Part shown: in pieces, positions 54,703 to 64,000 of the stretch | Layout: each line of letters begins with the position of its first letter | How positions within the stretch are numbered: position 1 is the first letter of the stretch | Assembly (NCBI RefSeq): GCF_006345805.1 | Contig: NC_043004.1 | Coordinates: 68,014,001 to 68,078,000 of the forward strand | Direction of reading: 5' to 3' | Length of the DNA: 64,000 nt | Source: Octopus sinensis | Lineage: Eukaryota | Made by a program: the position numbers and the translations under genes | Notes under the pieces: generated by a model | The model's database searches: none | The model's input: only the letters and a program-made list of their open reading frames with translations | What the model was told of the DNA's origin: nothing

Positions 54703-55780
54703 CAGCTTACTACTACTTAAGATAGCGAATCGGTAGCGGATTGGGTAACAGGATTAGCCGCATTTCGCCCATCTTAATGTTCTGAGTTTAAATTTGCCGA
54801 GGACAACTTAGCATTTTACCCTTTCGGGGTGAATGAAATACGCACCAGTTGAGCACTGGGGTCGCAGCTATACCCCATCAAGCAAACATCCGCTCTTATG
54901 ACTGTAAAAAATGATCCAGCGAGAGATAAGGTAGATATTTGTGTAAAATGTCAGTGGTGGCACTTGATCCAGTGCTGCGACCATATTTTCTTTCGTTTTT
55001 TTTTGGTGTTTGTTATTATTCCGATTTTTATTTTTTTCCTTTTTGTCTTTCTCTTTGAAATTTATGATGCCGTCTGTTAGTTGTAAATCCTGTCAGAATT
55101 ATCACAGTTTTGTTACGGCGCAGAATTTAAAATTTCAAATGCACAGAATCATTACATATAATATCATGCACCACGGATAAAAATACGAGACAATTATACC
55201 AAAGTGCTTTTTACTCATATATTTTGAATCACCATTAACGGATGTAAAGCAACGTTAATATCAACGAGGTTGGAACTGAAAATCAGATTCGGAAATCAGA
55301 AACTCCTTAATAGGAGTTTACAGTTTAGTTATACAATTAAAGCACATGCGTCCAAACTGCTTATAGATCTAAAATTTCGTTAGGTCTTCACATAGGTTAG
55401 TCACTTCATAAAGCCACAATTCCAGGGCAAGAGGTCATGGAAAATAAAGCCTCCCATTTACAAACAGCGACGAAAGTTAGGAATTCTCTTCATCTAATCC
55501 ATACATATGCTTTGGAATTTAGATATAATGCCATTGTTTGTAACCGATTTTCCCCTGCTACACTATGCTATAGAATATGCCAACCCACTGTGTACCTATA
55601 AACAGGTTCCATACAACGGAATTTAGCGATAACGACTAATATTTATTTCAAACCCGAAGGCTTGTAAACTAAACGTACGGCTTATCAGCACAGTGAATGC
55701 GTCATCTGAACTTCGTCGTAGTTTATAACTATATATGTATGTATGCATGTATGTATGAATGTATCGATATGCATACATAT

Positions 55781-55818
<38 letters not shown>

Positions 55819-55905
55819 CAAATATATACATATATATATATATGATTGTGTGCATGCAAGTATGTATAGAGATGTATGCATATATTGTATATATGTATGC
55901 ATGTA

Positions 55906-55967
<62 letters not shown>

Positions 55968-55970
55968 ATC

Positions 55971-56018
<48 letters not shown>

Positions 56019-56053
56019 AATATATATACATATATATACACAGCTATCTATCC

Positions 56054-56099
<46 letters not shown>

Positions 56100-56135
56100 A
56101 ATTATATACATATATATATACCGCTATCTATCCAT

Positions 56136-56179
<44 letters not shown>

Positions 56180-56265
56180 AATATACATACATATATATAC
56201 TCAGCTATCTATCCATATATATATATACAAATATATATACATATATATATACAGCTATCTATCCA

Positions 56266-56385
56266 TGTGGTACATTGTTCATATAAGTGTATATGTGCAG
56301 AGACATGTATGTAAATATATGTATATATCCATATGTATGTATATTCATATGTATCCGTGTCTGTGTGTGAATGTGCGATTGTATG

Positions 56386-56431
<46 letters not shown>

Positions 56432-56583
56432 TGTTTGTGTGCGTGTATATATATATGCACACACATACAATCGCACATTCACACACAGACACGGATACAT
56501 ATGAATATACATACATATGGATATATACATATATTTACATACATGTCTCTGCACATATACACTTATATGAACAATGTACCACA
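56266..56583. repeat. Perfect ~135-bp inverted repeat around an (AT)n spacer
   Basis: tgtggtacattgttc...gtgtgtgcatat is mirrored by atatgcacacac...gaacaatgtaccaca. The ORF track shows identical peptides on both strands. Confidence 0.95.
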
Positions 56584-57294
56584 CATACACTCATACATTC
56601 ACACGTACACATGACTACACACGTACGAGTGCGAGGCTGTTGCAGTGTGTGCGAATGTTTTAACTTAGTAGTAAAGTATTCTGAGATAACGGCTTACGTT
56701 TCATTTCAACCCAGAGGGATCAATAAAGTAAAACACTTGTTAAAATTCAATCAACTATTACAAGAACTAACGCATCTACCATCAGAAAAGGCCACCCCAA
56801 GCAGACACAACCCCCACCACCAACCAAAACAAAGTTACAACAATAACAGCCAATCCCAGTATTATCATGCGGCAATCACCGGCAACAATGGTACCAATGT
56901 CACTGAAGCAGCTTCGTCTACCACAATACGTATCACCACCACTGCATCCATCTCACAAACCTGTACTCGTTAGAGTCAGTCATTATTTGTTTGTAATTAT
57001 ACATTATATTGCTCTTGCTTTGTGCAACAGTGGTGCCTGTGATGTCGCAGACAGATGTTTCTAGTGTTGTCATTATCATTATTATCAAGACGGCGAGCTG
57101 CCATAATCGTTATCACACTGGGCACCCGTTCTGAGTTCAAATTCCGCCGAGGTCCACTTTACTTTTCATCCATTCGGGGTCGATTAAGGACAAGTGAAAC
57201 ACTGGGATCTGTGTAATCGAATAGTTCCCTCCCCAGTATAAAGGATTATTATTATTATTAAAGCGGCGATCTGGCAGAATCGTTAGCACGCTTC

Positions 57295-57550
57295 TTTAGT
57301 CACCGGAGTCTTTAGTCATCTGCCAGGTCACAACAAGGACCTCAGATGGATAACACATTACTTAAGATGTGCTCTATGCCCAATATATCTGCTTTGTGCA
57401 AGATATCAATACTGCATGGGATTTCCAGTTGCTCTAAGAAGTCTTGCAGTTTCAATGGGATTGAGCCCAATGCTCTGATCACCACTGTTATCAATTCATA
57501 ATTACCTTCTCATATTCCATACAGTCTTGCCATTTCGAGTTTCAATTCGA
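57295..57550 (-). mobile_element. R4/Dong-clade RLE C-terminal fragment
   Basis: ELEMARLY..VVIRALGSIPLKLQDFLEQLEIPCSIDILHKADILGIEHIL; flanked by (TTA)n tracts. Confidence 0.75.
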
Positions 57551-57623
57551 CTGCCCCCCTCACACAAAATTTTTGGCCTTGAACTTAGAGTAGAAAAGAT
57601 TATTATTATTATTGTTGTTGTTG

Positions 57624-57686
<63 letters not shown>

Positions 57687-59784
57687 TATTATTATCATTA
57701 TTATTATTATTATTAAAGCGACGAGCTGGCAGAATCGTTAGCACGCCAAGCAATATGCTTAGCAGCATTTCATCTGTCTTTAGGTCATGAGTTCAAATTC
57801 CCCCGCGTTCGACTTTGCCTTTCACCTTTTTATGTTTCACTGGATCCTTCACTTATATCAGTGATGTCTACATAAGTTTCCGAATTTTAATTGTATCAGA
57901 ATTCAATGCCACTTACAATTTTCTGTTAATGAAGGGAAACGTTATTTCTTAATTTCCTAATTTTCTTTTAAATTCCCTATACTTATGAGTCACAACAAGG
58001 GAATCTCAACATGGAGACTGCTAGAAAACACAGTTAAATCGCTGTCGAATCACATATCGCTATAAACAGAATTTTAACGTGGAAGAACATAATGCAGTTC
58101 GAGATCCAATGAGCATTAAGAAGATTGGATGGCCATGTTCGGAACAACACTGATTATAGATGTGCTCGATTACGAATTACATGGGGTTAAATACCACTCC
58201 CTTCGCTACCAGCAACAGCAACATTTTTATGAACCCCAAACGCTACTACTGTTTAACCTGAGGCAGCAAGGCTTGGAGTAAACAAATGATGGAATGTGTT
58301 CAAGCAGTGACTATATATCCAATCGCACCAGGCTTTCTCTTTTACTTGTTTCAGCCATTAGAAGCCCTCTTGCGGGATTCGAGTCGAACAAAGCGACAAA
58401 AGAATTTATGTATTTTTTTCTAAGTCTCTTCTGCCGAACTGCTAGATCACGTAGACATAAACAAACCAAAGCCGGTTAAGCGGTAGATATGGAGGGACAA
58501 TCACAAACACAAAGACACGCACACACACACACACACATGCATACTCTCTCTTACATGCACACACACACACACTCGCTCACTCACTCACTCACTCACTCAT
58601 TCTCTCTCTTTCTCTTCTCCTCACACAAAAACACGTATAATAATGGATGAACTTCCAGATACATTCCGACAATCAAATTCACTTACAAGACATTGATTTT
58701 CTGGTGGGGGGAGGGGTGATATAGTAGAAGAAATTTACCCAAGATACCGTTCAGCAGGACTGAACCCAAAACCACTTGGTTGCAGTTGCAAAGCGAGATT
58801 TTTAACCGCACAACCTTGCCTGAACTTAGAAATATTTTATATATCAATCGCTTCCTTCTTTAAAATCTAATAATCTGGTTTCACTTACATTTCTACAATG
58901 ATTTAAAAGTTGAAACTGCATTTTACGAACGGTCACTCTCCGACAGGGCTATGGTTGGGCCTGCGGCAGTGGAGACCTTTTGTGTACTTCGCCCCCTGGG
59001 CCTTATCCTTGCTCACTGCTATCAAAACCTGGATGGATGTCCGTATGTGCGAGCTCCGTGGGTCAGAATGGATGTTTCAGCGAATTTCTCTCGTCGTCCT
59101 CCGTGACAGTACATTTATCATTTCGTCTAATGGAGCCGTGTGAATGCTTCTATATTGTGGGAAATCGGATTTTTCAAAATGAATTAAAATAAAGGAAGTG
59201 TATTTCATTTTTACGAATTCAATAGAAAGATAAAAATACATATAACAAAGAATTACAAATAGGCCGGTTTTCCTAAATTAATTGAGGATCATTTCTTGAG
59301 TTTATGGAAACGTAACGTGAAGTTAAAGACATTTGAGATCGATAGATATATTGGTAAATGAAACGACAAAAAAAAAAAACTATGTCGTTTGGCACATATT
59401 GCTATTATTGTGTTCATTAGTGTTTCAGATATTGTGATATATTTTTTTTAATTATTGGACAGAATATTTATCTACACACGTGAAAATTTTGCTTGACAAT
59501 TAATGATAGTCCCAAAGAAACTAATTAAAATATAATTATAGATTTTTCGATTTGTTTTATAAGTTTTGATTAAGCTAGTTATACTCCTGTGGAATTTTAT
59601 AACAAACAGGTAAACTTGGTTTGGTCGCATTTTTTTTAAACGATGAAGAACACGAAGAGGAATATGAAAAAAAAGAGAAGGATGAACATTTCATTGAAAA
59701 TGGTAACACAATTATGAAAAATAATGTGTTCATATAGCCTCATTATTTTAAAAATTGGCCATATATATATATATATATATATAT

Positions 59785-59941
<157 letters not shown>

Positions 59942-60044
59942 CACGTATGTATATATGTATGTATGTGCTTATTCATGCATGTATCCATTTATCTACCTAT
60001 CTATCTATCTACATCTACACACTAAAAAAAGTTATACACACATA

Positions 60045-60093
<49 letters not shown>

Positions 60094-60094
60094 G

Positions 60095-60500
60095 TGCACG
60101 AGTGGCTGTGTAGTAAGTAGCTTGTTTACCAACCACATGGTTCTGGGTTCAGTCCCACTGTGTGGCAACTTGGGCAAGTGTCTTCTACTATAGCCTCGGG
60201 CCGACCAAAGCCTTGTGAGAAGATTTGGTAGATGGAAACTGAAAGAATCCCGTCGTATATATACATGTGTGTGTGTGTGTGTGTGTCTATATATGTTTGT
60301 GTGTCTGTGTTTGTCCAACATCGCTTGACAACCTATACTAGTGTGTTTAAGCCCCCGTAACTTAGAGGTTCGGCCTAAGAGACTGATAGAATAAGTACTA
60401 GGCTTACAAAGAATAAATCCTGGGGCGAATTTCTTCGACTGAAAGCGGTGCTCCAGCATGGCCACATTCAAATGACTAGAGCAAGAAAAAGAATAAAAGA
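60095..60500 (+). mobile_element. Full-length SINE family C
   Basis: gagtggctgtgtagtaagtagcttg head, gggttcagtccc B-box, ttgggcaagtgtcttc CORE-like middle, internal microsatellite. Confidence 0.88.
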
Positions 60501-60864
60501 AAATATATATATATATATACAAACGCACATAGGCACATACACATACATATATACGTTCAGTTTAGTTTAGTTTGAGCAAAAGCCTCTTAACGACTCCCTT
60601 TAAATCTCCTATGTTTTTTGGCGACTATTACTGTTATGTCCTTTACCCAGGTTTAATACATGATATGGGTATACAAGTGGAACTCCTTTCCCGCTCTGTA
60701 TACATACTCGTTTGAGCTTTGCATAATGGTCAAGGAATGACTCGCACTGGAAATAGAGGTCAGGAAATGTACAAAGAAGAAAAAAAATGTTACCTAATGT
60801 GCAGAAACATACATTGCGATGCATTAATAAAACCCGTGAATTTCCAGACCAGACCTATTCAATT

Positions 60865-60907
<43 letters not shown>

Positions 60908-61411
60908 GCCTGCATAAACATCTCACAAACATATATGTATTAAATGTCTCTATATAAAAGCGTTATATATATGTGGAAGCGTCGTTGTGTGGTATGAAGC
61001 CAGCTTCCCAACCACGTGGTCCCGAATTCAGTACCGCAGCATGGAATCTTTGGCAATTCTTGTTAATTCTAATGTATTATAAAAACACTTACTTTTGTAT
61101 AATTCAATATGAATCTTTAATTTAATTTTTCTAATTTGAAATAAATGGACATGGAAACTATTGTAAGTACTATGTGTCTGATATTGTGCGAAATTGGATT
61201 ATTTCAATAAACTGATGTCTATATGTCAAGTTCTCCATTTTCTTCCCTTCCTTATATATATATATAATATAATATATATATATATAGGTCGCTTCAACCG
61301 TGTTCTGACGTGAATTTCTACCAGGTTTCGGTTAAACGAATTTTCCCTGCTGACGATAAACATAAGATAATTCATTCACCTACTTAATATATATATATAC
61401 TATATATATAT

Positions 61412-61456
<45 letters not shown>

Positions 61457-61633
61457 CAGTAAAAGCAATTAGATTCAAATGAGTTCTGTTGATTCACATG
61501 AATGCGGTACTTAACTTAGATGCACCAGAAATCTAAATGGTATTAACCATAAGATAATGCGGGGTGATTATAAACAAGAAAAAAGCAAAAAAAATGGATC
61601 AATTTTTGATCCATTTTTGTTGCTTTTTTCTTG

Positions 61634-61674
<41 letters not shown>

Positions 61675-61812
61675 ACATGGGCTTCTTTCATTTTCCTCGC
61701 ACGTACCAAATCCATTCACAAGGCATTGGTCGGCCCTAGGTTATATTAGAAGCACTTGCCCAATATGCCATGCTGCGGTACTGAACTTGGGACCATGCTG
61801 TGTCTATCGATA

Positions 61813-62160
61813 TATATCTACATATGTACATATGAATATATTGTTATCACATGGAAAGAAAGATGTATAGAAGAATATGCCTTTCAGTCAGTGTTAGACT
61901 TGACTAGTTTGCAAGTGATGTGGGTTCGAACGTTGTGAGCGGCCTTCGAATTATTATATTCAAATACTTACTTCTTTTGGATTATTAAATGATAGCTTGT
62001 GAAAGTATTTGAACAAAATAATTCGAAGGCCGATCACGGCATTCGAACCCACATCACCTGCAAACTTGTCAAGTCTAACACTGACTGGAAGGCATATTCC
62101 TCTATATATTTTTCTCTCCATGTGATCAACAATATATTCATATGTACATATGTAGATATA
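61813..62160. mobile_element. Fold-back element / MITE-like inverted repeat
   Basis: Arms at 61813-61969 and 62003-62160 with a 33-nt spacer. The arms are diverged mostly by transitions. Confidence 0.75.
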
Positions 62161-62247
62161 TGCATATCTAACAATCGAAGTAAAAGTCGGACGAAATGCT
62201 GGTAAGCATTCTAGCCGTTGTGCTAATGATTCTGGCAACTCACCACC

Positions 62248-62248
<1 letters not shown>

Positions 62249-62308
<60 letters not shown>

Positions 62309-62365
62309 TAAAAACAATAACAATAACAACAATAAAAATAATAATAATAAGTCAAACAATAATAA
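62249..62365. repeat. (AAT)n microsatellite
   Basis: Visible directly. Confidence 0.95.
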
Positions 62366-63792
62366 TAGCGAAAATAATGGTTTAACCTTTGCTACAAGCG
62401 CAGCCAATTTGGAGTAGAACATGAATAAATTATTTCGACCCCGGTGTTTCAAAGGTACCTAGTCTATCGACCTCGAAAGGAAGGTCGACTTCGGCGGGAT
62501 TTAAACTAGGTACGTAGTGACAGATGAAATACCGTTATTTGGTCCGACGTGCTAACGATTATGCCAACTTGGCATCTTATCTTAGATACTGGCTTCAAAT
62601 TATGGCACGAGGCCAGCAATTTCGGTGGAGGGGATAAGTCGATTACATTGACCCCAGTACCCAACTGCTACTTATTGTATCGACCGCCAAAGGATGAAAG
62701 GCAAGGTCATCCTTTTCTTCTTGTTCTGAGCTAAAAAAATCGTAAGCAAGTCGTGCAAATTTCAAAACCAAAATTTGAGCTTAGATCTTGGAGACAGATG
62801 ATCTACCGCTAAGCATTTTGCCCTGCTAACGATTCTGCACCTCCGTCTTGCATTAGCTATTAATATTACATATAAACATTAATAGTTACAACTCATCAAG
62901 TTTAATTCATGATATTTCTTGCAGTTAATGTTATGGTTATTTTAAGTGTTCTAGTTGCGCCCGTCGCTGCTGTTGATACTATTTTTACTGTTACACTTAT
63001 TCTCTTTTACTTACTATATCTTTCACAGCGTCTCATCATTTTCGAGATGGCAAACTTGCTTAATGCAATGGGAAATGCTTAGTAATACTTCTCCGTCTCT
63101 CAGTCGGCGGACTGGCAGAATCGATAGCGCAGCGGACATTTTGCTTAGCTGTCTTTCGTTCGCCTTTACGCTCTGAGTTCAATTTCCGCCGGGGTTGATT
63201 TTGCCTTTCGGGGTCGATAAAACAAATCAATTGAACACTGGATTTGTGCAGTCGGCTCACCTGCTTCCCTCAAATTCTTGGCTTTGAATGAAAAGTCGAA
63301 ACCAAAGTTTCTTCCGGTTCTTAGGCGATCAACTGAAAAATTCATAAGCAAGTCGGGCAAATTCCTTCTTTACTATTTCTTCCGTCTTTAACTTATGAGT
63401 TCAAATTCCACCGAGATTGACTCTGCCTTTCATTCTTTCAGGTCGATAAAATATGCTCCAGCTGATAAGTGGGGTCAATATAATCGTCTTATCGCCCTCT
63501 CCCAAATTTACTATCATTGTGCCGAAATTTGAAAACGATATTTCCACCGGCAATTTTCCTTCTGGGATCCAATAACACCGATGTCAAATCTGTCATTCCT
63601 CACCAGTGTTCGCTAAGTCATTGAAGACAACGCAGAGAAATGCTTAGCAGCTCTTCGCCTCCTTTACAATTTCTGGGTTTGTATTAGAATTTGAAGCAGT
63701 AGTGCACATGAACACTTGTACAATTTTACAGGTATATATGTGTGTGAGTATTTGTTCATGCATATAGAAGTACATATCTAGAAACATACATA

Positions 63793-63854
<62 letters not shown>

Positions 63855-64000
63855 TTATATATATATATATATATATATTTATACTTGTATATATGTATGT
63901 AAATATATGTAATAATATCAAGGGTTTTTAGAAATATTTGAAATGTTCATTACCAGTGGCATATCGTGTATAATTTTAGTCAAAAGACAATAGATTATTC

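Noticed and set aside
56740-56973. Q/N/T-rich tail of the 200-aa ORF
   Set aside because: It is cryptic CAA/CAC low complexity fused to a microsatellite ORF.
58940-59145. GC-rich island
   Set aside because: No frame gives a recognisable peptide. It may be a DNA-transposon end, but I cannot support that.

Overview
AT-rich, microsatellite-saturated eukaryotic DNA. The repeat families resemble those I recall from a coleoid cephalopod, probably Octopus (inference only). No intact protein-coding gene is supported. Most ORF-track entries are translations of (AT)n, (GATA)n, (GT)n or trinucleotide repeats. The window is a transposon graveyard with the following content: (1) several Penelope-like element (PLE) pieces, including a young 3.7-kb element (RT + GIY-YIG) flanked by ~440-bp inverted terminal repeats; (2) R4/Dong-clade RLE LINE fragments; (3) two Tx1/L1-type LINE copies joined to GATA repeats; (4) three Tc1/mariner remnants; (5) many tRNA-type SINEs; (6) one 5S rRNA pseudogene. 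The main hidden signal is a set of type I hammerhead ribozyme (HHR) motifs absent from the ORF track. Four have a complete or compensated core (4574, 7093, 18771, 20208) and four are mutated (4447, 15444, 34666, 47982). Several sit inside fold-back PLE terminal-repeat units, one of which (462 bp) inserted with a 10-bp target-site duplication (TSD). Other notable items are a 2x2 reciprocal shuffling of SINE modules, a pre-miRNA-like hairpin in apparently unique sequence (35476-35560), and several near-perfect palindromes. All structures were paired by eye and element boundaries are approximate unless junction bases are quoted.
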